A stretch of 64,000 nucleotides of DNA, taken from the NCBI RefSeq assembly GCF_009914755.1, contig NC_060932.1; one strand, written 5' to 3'. Below, piece after piece: positions 18,351 to 31,299 of this stretch. This DNA comes from the human T2T-CHM13v2.0 reference genome, Homo sapiens. The notes under the pieces are model-generated. The model did no database searches, was not told the origin of the DNA, and saw only the letters and a program-made list of their open reading frames with translations. Position 1 is the stretch's first letter. The number at the start of each line of letters is the position of its first letter. The position numbers and the translations under genes are program-made.

Positions 18351-21300
18351 GTGGTAATAAATTCTGATACAATATTCAGAAGTTTGTTTTCCATAACAAT
18401 ACTAAGTCAATTTAGAAAGGCATTTTACTGTGCTACAAAATGCTTAACTTTTCTCCTTCAATGACATTATGTACAATTTTGTCATTAATTTATATGCACT
18501 TAAAAATCCTGTATAAGGTTTATATTAGATATAATTTTGTGAGGAAGATAAAAGCTCACCTTTCCATTTGCATTGTGCTGATTCAGACTGTAATTGAGTC
18601 TTCATGCACCCTGGTATATACTAAAGTACTAAACAAATGGATAGTAAAAACTAATACGTATATGGACCATTATAGTGTTATTTTTAAAAGCACAAAGAAA
18701 ACTATTTTAAAAGATCACGAGGAGATTATAGCAGATCAATCTTCATATTCATTACACCAACGAAATATAATTCAACACTAGTTTCAATATATTTTACCAA
18801 AAGATTAACTTTCAAGCAAAAGCTTTAGATCTTTGAAAGTAATATAAACATGAAAATAGCAAAGATGCATAATTCATTTCAGCAGTTTTCCGAGAAATAC
18901 CACATTTTCCAGAAAATATATGTTCTTAGAGTACATGAATTTTCTTTAGTCAATTAAAACACCAACCTTCTACAATAGGCCAAACAATTTTCAAAGCACT
19001 AAGCTTATGTTCACTCAACCAGTCTCATGGAACAAAAACTGAGATTGAGATATTCTGTTTATTGCAGTTCACACATTTATCAAGTAAAGAAGTCATCAGT
19101 CAAACCAAGATCTTTTCTTGCTAAAGTTGCTGGGATTTCCATGGTGTTTAATGCATGTTTTTTTATTTAATTATGAAATCAAAAAAATACAAATCTTGAG
19201 CCATTTTAATATGTTACTTGGGTAAAAAAATCAACTTAATCTTTCCAAACATCTAATGGAATCCCAGGCATAGTGATTTATTAAAATACCAAGTTAAATA
19301 TTTAAGAGAAAATTAAATCACTAATAATGAAATGAGTTGATTTTCTAAGAAAAACAAGTATGTAATTAAGGAGTCAGTAGGAGACACCCTCAAAAGCATT
19401 ACAACATTTAAAAGCAATCAACATTACAACTCTTACGCTGTGCTTTAAACTCCCCATAACCTAAACACATACATTCATTAATTATTTACTTGCATGATCC
19501 ACAATGAAGGATGAATTAGAAAAACCAGAGTCATTATTTTTTAAATGACAGTATTTGGTACTGCAGCAAGAAAATAAGTAGCCAGTGGAATGAAAGACTC
19601 CATCTGTCTTTATCTCGGCAATGCTTTGAAGTACATGCAATAAATGACTTTGCATTGTTTGATCTTCTTAATCCTTTACAGCCATCTCTTTGAGATGTCA
19701 TAATGCACAAGTTCATTCAGACAAAATCACATTATGAAATGCAAATCACCTCATATGACTTATATGGAAAATGTGCTTGTACTTACTTGTACCATCTCAA
19801 GCTCTAAGAGCCCAAACGGAAATGTACATAGTGGTGAATTTCCTTTCTGAAGTTAAAATAGTCTGAAATCGGGGTGAAAAAATGATACAAATAACAAAAA
19901 TGTGTATTCTAAATGAAAATTGGAATTTTCATCGAAATAGTAGCAGTAACAATTAGGAGACAGGAGATGGAATGTAGATGCTAAGAAGATATCCACAGGA
20001 AAGCACAAGACTCTAAACGCTCTTGCTACTAAAACAGAGATTCAAGGTTTACCAACTGCAATATTCTGCTACCAAGTACAGCTTGTACGTGGCCACTGGT
20101 ACTGTCTAAAATGAGGATACATATTAAGAAATCATCAAAACGAACTGCATGGCAGAAACTTTTCTGATATCAAGAGATCAATTTAACTACAGTTATTTAC
20201 AGGTGCCAATTTCCTCTGGAGTAAACTGTTACAGTGGGCCTCATGCACCAGTTAGATAATACAAGCCACACTTTACTGCACAGAATCCTGGACTATGCAT
20301 TTTGGCTTTGCAGAATTGAGAGCAGAAATGTAAAAATAGGATAGTGATATTACTTTTGTCTATGGGAATTGCTGAGTCAAATAACAAAAATCATCTATTT
20401 GGGAAAAACCTAACTTCATGATTACACTCAGGCACACCGACTATTAATATGAATGAGGTAACAACCATAAATACAATCATAACCAAAGAACAACAGTAAT
20501 TCAAATTTCCTCAGTTCATAAATGTTCTTAGAATGTTTTCTTAGTATCTGTTAGGTGCTGTTCCCAAGCCTCAGTATAACTCCATGATCGCCGTTGATGC
20601 AAAGGCAAACACCACACTCTCCTCAGTTCAACGTCTGCCCTACCAGTCTTTCTGGCCTCTGACTCTTCCCTATACTACTATATATACATTTGATATCTAC
20701 ACTGACATAGCTGGGCGCTGTACTTGTTGATGAGAATATCTCTTCCCTCTTAGACTAGGCATGACCAAAAAAGTTAATCTGGGTCCAAAGATTAATGAGA
20801 ATGACCACTCAGTTTTTATTCAAGATCAATTTTATTTACTGTGCAAACACAAGTTACATTCCAGACAAACAGATAGAAGTGAAAGGACTTATGCTCTGAT
20901 GCCTCCTTGGCTCTTCAGGATGCAAAACAAGTCCTGCCAGCAAGTCCCTGCAGCCCAGGCATAGCAAAACATTCGGGGAGGAATTGTGCTGTACAAATGA
21001 TTTTACCAACCTTATCACATTAAGCAGCATTCAAGGGTTTTCTGACCACAACTTAGGCAAATTTCATGTTATGCTATAGTAATGAACTTACTTGTTCTAT
21101 TTCTAAACAAAACATTGGGTTCACATTGGCCTGGACAAAGCTTTCCACTCCAGTACTATTTACTTGTCCACTTATTCTCAAAAATACAAGATGAATGATG
21201 TGCAATACCATGGCTGTGGCACATGACTTTTCTAGACCTGGATCATTTGTGTCCCAATATTTGACTGATTTTGGGGTGGGATGAAAGCATGCCTTCAGTT

Positions 21301-21580
21301 TGTACTTCTATCATGCCCATTGCTACCATACACTTAATGACATAATCATGTTCCAATGTGTCCTCAGAATTACTATTCCTAGCTGGATATACTAAGGCTT
21401 TATATCTAGGTCAGTTCACTGAGTCTGTGTCCCCTCTACTCCCTCCATCGTCCCTCCACAGTATGAAGCATCCTCATAGGAAGCCTTGTAAGTAGATCTA
21501 AAGATAGACCCCGCTTGGCCTTTCACCCTCAAAGATACTCTTCATGCATTAAAGTAAATTTTTGTCTTCCATTTCTGCAG

Positions 21581-21746
21581 TTGACCAGATGTTAATTGTG
21601 GCCATATTCTAGGCTTAAACTGAGAACACCTCTACTCTTTTGGGTTTGGGAACAAAGTACCTGATGTAATGGAAGGTCCAAGAACTGCAACTGAGATGAA
21701 TTAGTATTGGATTCACCCCACAACCTTCTTCACCATCGTAAACAAA
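21581..21746 (+). other. Candidate non-coding exon
   Basis: Acceptor tttttgtcttccatttctgcAG (21579-21580) and donor aaa|GTAAGA (21747) in non-repetitive DNA; stops in all three frames. Confidence 0.2.
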
Positions 21747-23374
21747 GTAAGAGTGAACAACATCATGTACAAAACTTAACAATATAGACAATATAATGTG
21801 AAGAATACAATGTAGCATATAATGGTGCATATATTTAATATAATGCAATGTAATATGATCCAGAACTCTTTTACAGAAGAGAAAAAAACTGTGAAAGTGA
21901 AAATGAAAACAAAACTACATATTCAACATATTCATTAAACCAGAAAGAAAACAAAAATCTGCCAATCCTTTTAGACAGAGATGCCATCGTGAATGTCCCA
22001 TAAGGCCATGGCTGTGTGATGAAGCCAGGCTACACAGAACCCAAACCCTCAACGAGGGTCTCTACTGACAACTTAATTCTCTGTCAGTGAGTGCAATTCA
22101 TTTCACAACCAAGCATCGTGATTCTTTCTACAAAAACACTCTCATGAATTCCTAATCCTGCAAGTATTGCGTATGCATATACGTGTTTCATTTCAGCCTC
22201 CACAGGAGAATTAACAGAATGAAATGTAGAAATTGGCTTTATAGTCAGCACAGCCCAACATAAAGGGTCAGGAGGGTAATGAGCAGTATTGAATTAACTT
22301 GAAAGTGTAAGAGAAAATGTCTGTGTTGAAGTACAGTCATATGCCTTATCGAGAGTGTTCCAGTACCTTTGGTAATAATTTTAAAGTAGCTATAATTTTA
22401 GTTAAATGTATCATCTGGAAATCACAACCTCCAGTGATCACTGCTATTTTATAGAATCAGACCAATTTTTTAAAAAAAGTATGAGGATGTGTGCCAGTCA
22501 GTAAAACCATACCATAGTGACCACTTAGATTTTAATTTAACCTATTTTAAGATTCTTAGAAAGTTTAAAGCTCTCATCTCTGTCATTATGATGGATTTCT
22601 GTGCCATTGCTACAGGGCAAAATCATTTGGAGGAGAGCTCTGAAGTACACACTAAGGACAGAATTACCTGGGCTTCAGCTCTATTTTTCCTGATATGTGT
22701 ATTCTCTTCAAGGATACTACAAAAGTGGTATTTCAAATCCCTCTAGCAACATCCACTGAAATCATCTTGGGGCAGACAGAATATGGTAGATTTATGAATA
22801 TTCATAACAGCACATGGCCCATTATGATTCAATGTGCTGTGCAAAATACAGCTGCTTTGCTCCAAAACCACCAGGAGAGCAGAGGGTACTTGTTTTAAGT
22901 GGTCCCCAAGGTCAAAACCAGTTAGCAATTTCATAGTTAGGAAATTATTCATCTCACCTTACACGTTAAAAGCAGGGTTTCCTTTAAAGTATTCAGGGAT
23001 ATATAAACCAGCCTCTCTCTTTTCTGCTAACCGTAAACCATTTGAAGAGTGATGAAAACAAAAATAGACTCTGTAGGAAATTTAGCTACCTTTATGTTCT
23101 TTATTTTTCTGTCCTACGTTCATTTTTGATGAAAATTTATATCATGAAGGTTCAGTGATCTTAGAATAGAAAAGATGCAGTCTGTCATCAATCTATTGTT
23201 AGCAGTGAAATCCAATCTTATTTCAGGGTACAGTGTTACTGAGTGGAAATTTCATTAAACTAAGAAACAGACGGTCTCCTTATAGTTTACATTTTTGCTT
23301 ATGTTTGAGAAGGCTACCTTTTCATTTTAAATATGGAACCGAATAATGATGGCCTGTTCTTTAGTTTTAAAAAG

Positions 23375-24620
23375 AGACAAAATCAAGAGATTGAGAATAC
23401 AAGCCACAAACTGGGAGAAAGTATTTGCAAAAGACACATCTGATAAAGGACTGCTATTCAAAATATACGACAAACTCTTAAAACTCTATGCTAAGTAAAT
23501 GAACAACCTGATTTTAAAAATGGGCAAAAGGTCTTAATACACATTGCACACTGCATGATATACAAGTGGCAAGTAAGCATATAAAAAATGTCCAACATTG
23601 TATATCATTTAATAAAATGCAAATTAAAACAAGTTACATCTTATTAGAATGGCCAAAGTCCAGAACACTGACAACCCCAAATACTGGTGAAGACATGGAA
23701 CAACAGAAACTCTCATTGATTCCTGGTGGAAATTCAAAGTGGTGCAGCCATGTTGAAAGGTAGTTTAATAGTTTCTTACAAAACTAAACATAGTCAGTTT
23801 ACGATCCAGCAATCATACTCCTTGTTATTTATACAAATGTATTGAAAACTTATGCCTACATAAAATCATGCACATGGATACTTATAACAGCTTTATTCAC
23901 ATTTGCCAAAACTTGGAAATAATCAAGATGTCCTTCAGTAGATGAGTGGATACACAGGGACACATCCAAACAATGGAATGTTATTCAACACTAAAAAGAA
24001 ATAAGCCATGAAATGAAACGGAGACAACTTCTACTAAGTTAAAGAAGTCAATCTGACAAAGATTACATACTATATGATTTCAACTATATGACATTCTGGG
24101 AAAAGCAAAACTATGGAAAAAGTAAGATTAGTCACTGTCGGGGGGTGAGGGGAGGGACGAATTAACAGGAAGGGCACAGTGGATTTCCAGGACAGTAAAA
24201 TTATTCTGTGTGATATCGTAACGGTGGATACATGTCATGATATACTTGTCCTAACTCAAAGAATGTGCAATTCCAAGAGTGAATATTAATGTAAACTCCA
24301 GCCTGGGTGACAGAGCAAGACTCGATCTCAAAAAAATAATAATAATAATAATAAAATAATGACTCTCAGTAAATATATACATCCTGGGCATGCATATACT
24401 TTTTAAGTAGTTTTAGCTTTAAAGATGGTTTGTAAACACAAAGATTTTATTTTGGGTGGTTATGATGTTCCATGGCATGTTCACTGATTGTAACAAATGT
24501 ACAACTCTGGTAAAGGGAGAGGTTTTATGTGGAGGCCGGGAGATAGGGTGTATATTGGAACTCTTTTTGTGTTCAAATTTGCTTTCAATCAAAATATTCT
24601 GTTAAAAATAAAATTAATTC
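23375..24620 (+). mobile_element. L1MC1/2-like 3' end
   Basis: ORF2 end (ctgggagaaagtatttgcaaaagac) and 3'UTR (aaaactatgga, ggtggatacatgtca, gattgtaacaaatgtac); interrupted at 24298-24451. Confidence 0.8.
24294..24451 (+). repeat. Local direct duplication of 24919-25080 (Alu 3' end + tail + unique flank)
   Basis: Both copies read gcctgggtgacagagcaagact...(aat)n...tctcagtaaatat...atacatcctgg...ctttaaagatggtttgtaaaca. Confidence 0.92.
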
Positions 24621-24666
24621 AAAAGGCAGGAAGCATGAAACATTCCGTATAAAAAGAAGAGTAACG

Positions 24667-24973
24667 GGCCGGGTGTGGACTCACGCCTGTACAAATCCCA
24701 GCACCTTGGGAGGCTGAGACAGCTGGATCATTTGAGATCAGGAGTTTGAGACCAGCTTCGTCAACATGGTGAAACCCAGTCTCTACCAAAAATACAAAAA
24801 TTAGCTGGGTGTGATAGCACACACCTGTAATCCCAGCTACTCGGGAGGCTGAGGCACAAGAATCGCTTGAACCCAGGAGGCAGAGGCTGCAGGGAGCCGA
24901 GATGAGATGGTACCACTGAACTCTAGCCTGGGTGACAGAGCAAGACTTGGTCTCAAAAAATAATAATAATAAT
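24667..24973 (+). mobile_element. AluS (Sz/Sx-like)
   Basis: Full dimer with (AAT)n tail. Confidence 0.93.
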
Positions 24974-27299
24974 GATTCTCAGTAAATATGTTATATACAT
25001 TATATACATCCTGGACATGTATATATTTTTATAAGTGGTTTAACTTTAAAGATGGTTTGTAAACATAAAAATTTTCTATTCGTCTTCATTGTGAGCAGCC
25101 TATGTCTGAAGCTCTGTCTAACATTAAGATACATTATGCACTCTAATTAAAGTTTATTTAAAGTCAATCATTTCTTTTCAGGAAAAAACTTCCTTATTAC
25201 TTTCTGGAATATTTGCAATTGAAATAATCAATTTCCCATAAACGAGAATTTGAACAACAAGACATTTTTGTTTATTTTGTCTTTTTCTTGTTTGGGTACT
25301 AAGTGTCTCATAACACATTATTTACAAATAAGTTGGATTCCAAAACTAAAAGATTGACATAAAATCTGCCTGCAGGGAGAAGAAAAAGAAGCCCAAATTG
25401 TAAGTCTTCTTATCGGTCCCCCAGTAAGAAAATGATTGAAGGTGGTAACAGAAGAAAGAATCTTAGGAGGGAAACTGCAAATATTACCTGCTTTACATTC
25501 TTAGTCAAAATTCAGAATTTAAGCAGCATGCTAATCCCTACAGATTTTTCAGTTTGGGCAAAAGCGAGAATGTTCTCATCTTTAACAATGTTCAGAAATG
25601 TCACAAGACTACTTTCATTCAAAAATCTACTTTGCAATGGTTTTCTAAATGGTTTCCAAAAATTCTGTCAGTTTTTAAAAAGAGTGATTCTTAAATACAC
25701 AGAGCTTTAAATACAGAACTGTCTCCTAAAATTATTTTCTCTTGATTTGACATTCTGAGTGTCAAAATGATTTAACATAAATTACCAGAAATATTCTTAT
25801 ATTTTACTTGGTTATTTACACATTAATGACAGTGACACAAAAAAAAAATAATTGTTTTTAATGAATCTTTGTGAACAGACACTACCCCAAAAGGATATTG
25901 ACCTTCCAGTTGCTATCTACGATGACGTCCGCAGCAAGAATTTGGGGAATGGCCATTTCCTTAAACTCTGGATGGCCTTAATGCACCTTCAGATATTCTG
26001 TGTCAGATAGTAAGAGCCAAGGTATGGTGGCAGGATTTCTAATATGTAGGTTAAGAAGGTTGATTGGTCTGCTTTACCAGTAGGAGAATCTCATTTTGGG
26101 TAGTGGAGCATTTAAAAGCAAAACAAATCTGGACTTTAGGAACTGGGAAGACTTCATTACTGTAAATGAAGCCAACACGGGAAACATGCTACCTTAATCC
26201 TGCTGAGGTTAAACACTTCTAACAAACTGTATTTAGTTCAGGAAAAAACCTTCACTGAAAATATTTGATAGTCATTTCTTAATTGTGCCTCTTCTCATCC
26301 GTTAGATAAATGAAGTTAACATTTAATTCATTTAATGAATTAAGACCAATACCAGTAAAATACCAATAATCTATATTAGGGAGTTAAAAAAAGTAGATAG
26401 TAAAGTTCATACGTAAAAACAGATACGAGTAGCTCAAAAACACTGTAAAAGAAATATGTGAAGGAAAAGTTGCCCTAAAAGGTAAAAACAAATCAATTTG
26501 TATAATAAAATTAGCATGGTATTGATACAGAAATAGACCAGTGAAATAGAATGGGAAGTCTCTAAGAAGACTCATGTGCAAATGTACCTTTGTATAAAGG
26601 ATAAGTGACATTTCAAATCACTAACATAAAGAGGAGCTTTTAACGGAGGGTGCTGGAGCAACTAAGTAGCCATTTAAAAATATTAAGGTTAAATATACAT
26701 CTAACATCATACACGACAATAAACTCCAAATGGATTAGGCATATACATGTAAAAATGAAATCATACAAGTGCTAGGAGAAGAGATGGGTAGATTTGTCTT
26801 TGAAGTTGGTGTAGGAAAAGTATTCCTACGGATAACTCAAACACAGAAGCAATCAAATAGAAGATTAACACATCTGACTACACAAATCTTTTAAAAATGC
26901 ATGCCAAAAACACCACAAGAGCAGTCAGAAATAACTTAATAAGAGGGAGAAAATATATGTAACATATACCATGGTTGAAGGGCTAATATTCCCACTATAT
27001 AGGGAATTCATAAAAGTTAAGGGACAGAGTAGTAAAGCTTACATAGAAAAAATGGAAAACCAAACATGATCAGACAATTTATAAATTAATATTTCAAAAT
27101 GAACTTCAAACAGGTAAAAAAGTAAAAAATCATAGTTAAGGAAATGTAATTTAAAACATAACTAAGGTACTGTTTTCTATTTATTATATAGGCAAAAATT
27201 TAAACTGTCCTAGTTGGTGAGTCTGGATAAACAGGCCCTCTCACATATTGCTGGTAGAAATGATCATCAGCCTCAAAGTGTTGAAGGGACATTTGCATG

Positions 27300-27302
<3 letters not shown>

Positions 27303-27341
<39 letters not shown>

Positions 27342-27350
27342 TATACACAC
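27303..27350. repeat. (CA)n microsatellite
   Basis: About 18 CA units seen directly. Confidence 0.95.
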
Positions 27351-27739
27351 TTCTCTTTCCTTTCAATAGATAGATAATACACAGACAGATTAGGTAGATA
27401 GATAGATCGATCTCCATTCTTGCTTTCTGACCTGGAATCCCACTTCTAGTAATCTACTTTAAAAGCATACCCCAATAATATGGAAATATATATGCATCAG
27501 ATCATTTGTGTTTTATTTGCAATCACAAAATATTAGAGGCAATGCAAATGACCATACTTAGGAAAGTGGTTGAATAAATTATGGCACATTTACACAAAAG
27601 AGTTCTTGGCAGTGTTAAACAAGAATGAGGGCAGGCTCTATGGACTGACATGGGTTCATATGTAGGATATATTATTGTGAAAACAAAGTAAAGTACAAAA
27701 GAATGTTTGCAGTATGCTACCTCTCAAGTGAAAAAGGAG

Positions 27740-28345
<606 letters not shown>

Positions 28346-28854
28346 AAAAGAAAGCAGAGGACTTAGGAAAACATGCATGTATCTGATCATTTGTACCAAA
28401 GAAACACAAGGAGGACAAATCAGACTTTAACGAGATTGGTTACCTATTGAGGGGATGGAGATATATGAGAAGAGTGAAAAGAAAGGGAGAAATGAATATA
28501 GGACAGTTGGAATGAAAAGGAACTGTATCGCACTTTTCTGAATATACATGGGATATAGTTTGAATATATGTCCTCACCCAAATCTCATGTTGAATTGTCA
28601 TCTCCAATGCTGGAGGTAGGACCTGTTGGGAGGTGTTTAGATCAGGGAGGTGGATCCCTCGTGGCATGCTGCTGTCTTTGTGATAGTGACTGAGTTCTCA
28701 TAAGATCTGGTGGTTTAAAAGTGCGTGGTACCTCCCCTCCAACCACACTCTCTCTCTCTTGCTTTTTCAGTGTCACATGGCTGTTCTCACTTTGCCTTCT
28801 GCCATGATTGTAAGCCTTGTGAGGCCTCCCAGAAGCAGATGCTTCCAGTGGGGC

Positions 28855-29861
28855 TGTGGGCGACAAGCCACCCAGGCACCGAGGCAAGAGACAGAGAACA
28901 CGAGCTGTTCCAGTATAATAAAATATAAAACAAGAATAGTTATACCAGATATACCTCTCAGATATGATTATATATGAATATCATTAATCATTAGTTTGTA
29001 GCAATTACTTTTTATTCCAGTATTATGATAATCCTCGCTCTATAATCATAGCCTAGGAAAAACCAGGCCATACAGAGATAGGAGCTGAGGGGACATAGTG
29101 AGGTGTAACTAGAAAAGAGTGCGAGCCTTCTGTTATGCCCAGACAGGGCCACCAGAGGGCTCCTTGGTCTAGCGGTGACGCCAGCGTCTGGGAAGATGCC
29201 TGTTACCAGGTGGATCATGGTCCAGCAGTAGCAAAAGGTGTCAAGGAACAACACCCGCTACTTAGCAGACCGGGAAAAGAGGGGGTCTCCCTTTCCCTGG
29301 GGGAGTTTAGAGAAGACTCTGCTCCTCCAACTCTTGTGGAGGGCCTGACATCAGTCAGGCTTGCCTGCAGTTATCCGGAGGCCTAACCGTCTCCCTGTGA
29401 TGCTGTGCTTCAGTGGTCACGCTCCTAGTCCGCCTTCATGTTCCATCCTGTACACCTGGCTCTGCCTTCCAGATAGCAGTAGTAAATTAGTGAAAATACA
29501 AATAGTCCCTGATATGCAGAAATAATGGGGTAAGCTGTCTTTCTCTTTGTCTCCTCTCCCTCTCTGCCTCGGCTGCCAGGCAGAGAAGGGCCCCCTGTCC
29601 AGTGGACACGTGACCCACGTGACCTTACCTATAATTGGAGGTGACTCACATTTTTTACCCTGCCCCTTCTGCCTTGTATCCAATAAATAACAGCGCAGCC
29701 AGACATTCGGGGCCACTACCGGTCTCCGCGCATTGGTGGTAGTGGTCCCCGGGGCCCAGCTGCCTTTCCTCTTGTCTCTTTGTCTTGTGTCTTTATTTCT
29801 ACACTCTCTCGTCACCACGCACAGGGAGAGACCCACCAACCCTGTGGAGCTGGTCCCTACA
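28855..29861 (+). mobile_element. LTR13 (ERVK) solo LTR, full length
   Basis: tgtgggcgacaagccacccagg...ggtccctaca, 1007 bp, TSD GGGGC on both sides. Confidence 0.9.
29149..29160 (+). promoter_or_regulatory. CTCF core motif in LTR13
   Basis: CCACCAGAGGGC matches the CTCF core consensus CCASYAGRKGGC; binding not shown. Confidence 0.55.
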
Positions 29862-30480
29862 GGGGCCTGTAGAACCATGAGTCAATCAAACCTCCTTTCT
29901 TCTAAACTACCCAGTCTCAGGCATTTCTTTCTAGCAATGTGAGAAAAGACTAGTACAATGTGTTTGTATAGTTATGACTTTTAGAACTATATTACTGGTT
30001 CACATACTTGAAAAATGAATAAATAAAATCAACCACAATGTGTGGGGAATAAAAAATTAAATACAAATATTTTAAAAAATGAAACTAGCTATATTACAAA
30101 TGAAAAACGTAAGCACACAAATATTTGGGAAAAGAGTGAACTACCCTAAATAACTTCAGGAAGCAGTACTTTTTACTGGATATCATAATGCCAAAGACAA
30201 AAATGACCGTAAACAAATATTGAACTCCAGTAAGTAAAGTTGTTTCTCACAGGGTTATGCGTAGGTGATGCTGAAACCACATGTATATTAGGATTAATCA
30301 AATAAGTGAATGTATTACAGATAATGAGATCTAGGTGTCTCAATAGTGAGGAAAGAAATTTTAAAAAGGGAAAGTCAAAAGAAACACCATGTTGGTGGAT
30401 TCTAAGTAGAGTTGTCAGTATGGACTCTTGGTTTTAAAAATACAGATAAATACATAGATAAGGAAATAAATAAAGCTGTG

Positions 30481-30581
30481 TAGCAACATGTGGACTAGGA
30501 TCTCTATCTAGCAACATATGGAGTAGTATCTCTATCTATCTATCTATATATCTACCTACCTACCTACCTATAATCTATCTA
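30481..30581. repeat. 28-bp tandem duplication followed by (TATC)n/(TACC)n
   Basis: tagcaacatgtggactaggatctctatc / tagcaacatatggagtagtatctctatc. Confidence 0.85.
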
Positions 30582-30966
30582 TTTCCCAGCTCTGTCTGCT
30601 AAAAGGGCCTAGTAGCAATGATACCCCAGAAGCAATGAGGACACCAAACACAGAGCTCTTGGTTTAAAAGTATCATTCTCCAATTCAAAACAAACAAACA
30701 AACAACACCATTAAACTAGAGCTTCTTGGAGAAGTTGCTGATCGAGACCTAGGGTTAGGAAAATATGAGATGAGCCTCGAAATTAAGTTTCATAAAAGGT
30801 AAGGAAATGTCAAAAGGACATAGTGGCCAACTTGACAGAGATTTCATTTGTCAAACTGGGCACCCTCTCATCAGCAAAATTAATAAAGACAGTATTGGAT
30901 TATAACTCATAAATGTCCATTAGTTGGTTATAACTTGCATAAATAATGGAATAGATGAATAATTCT

Positions 30967-31299
30967 ACATGGATGAAGCTGGAAACCTTCATTCTCAGCA
31001 AACTATCGAGAGGACAAAAAACCAAACACCGCATGTTTTCACTCATAGGTGGGAATTGAACAATGAGAACACTTGGACACAGGAAGGGGAACACCACACA
31101 CCGGGGCCTGTTGTGGGGTAGGGGGATGGGGGAGGGATAGTATTAGGAGATATACCTAATGTTAAATGACGAGTTAATGGGTGCAGCACACCAACATGGC
31201 ACATGTATACATATGTAACAAACCTGCACATTGTGCACATGTACCCTAAACCTTAAAGTATAATAAAAAATAAAATAAAAAATAAAAAAAGAAGAAAAA
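30967..31299 (+). mobile_element. Short 5'-truncated L1PA4-like element
   Basis: ORF2 end plus 3'UTR gttaaatgacgagttaatggg and A-rich tail. Confidence 0.92.

Larger units (their letters stand above)
28551..29957 (+). mobile_element. MSTA/MSTB MaLR solo LTR split by LTR13
   Basis: cccaaatctcatgttgaattgt...ccttctgccatgattgtaag, resuming cctgtagaaccatgag...actagtaca. Confidence 0.88.

Noticed and set aside
18440-18781. 113-aa ORF in unique sequence
   Set aside because: No recognisable domain or splice context; composition typical of random AT-rich DNA.
29417-29878. 153-aa minus-strand ORF
   Set aside because: Antisense reading of LTR13; not a retroviral protein.
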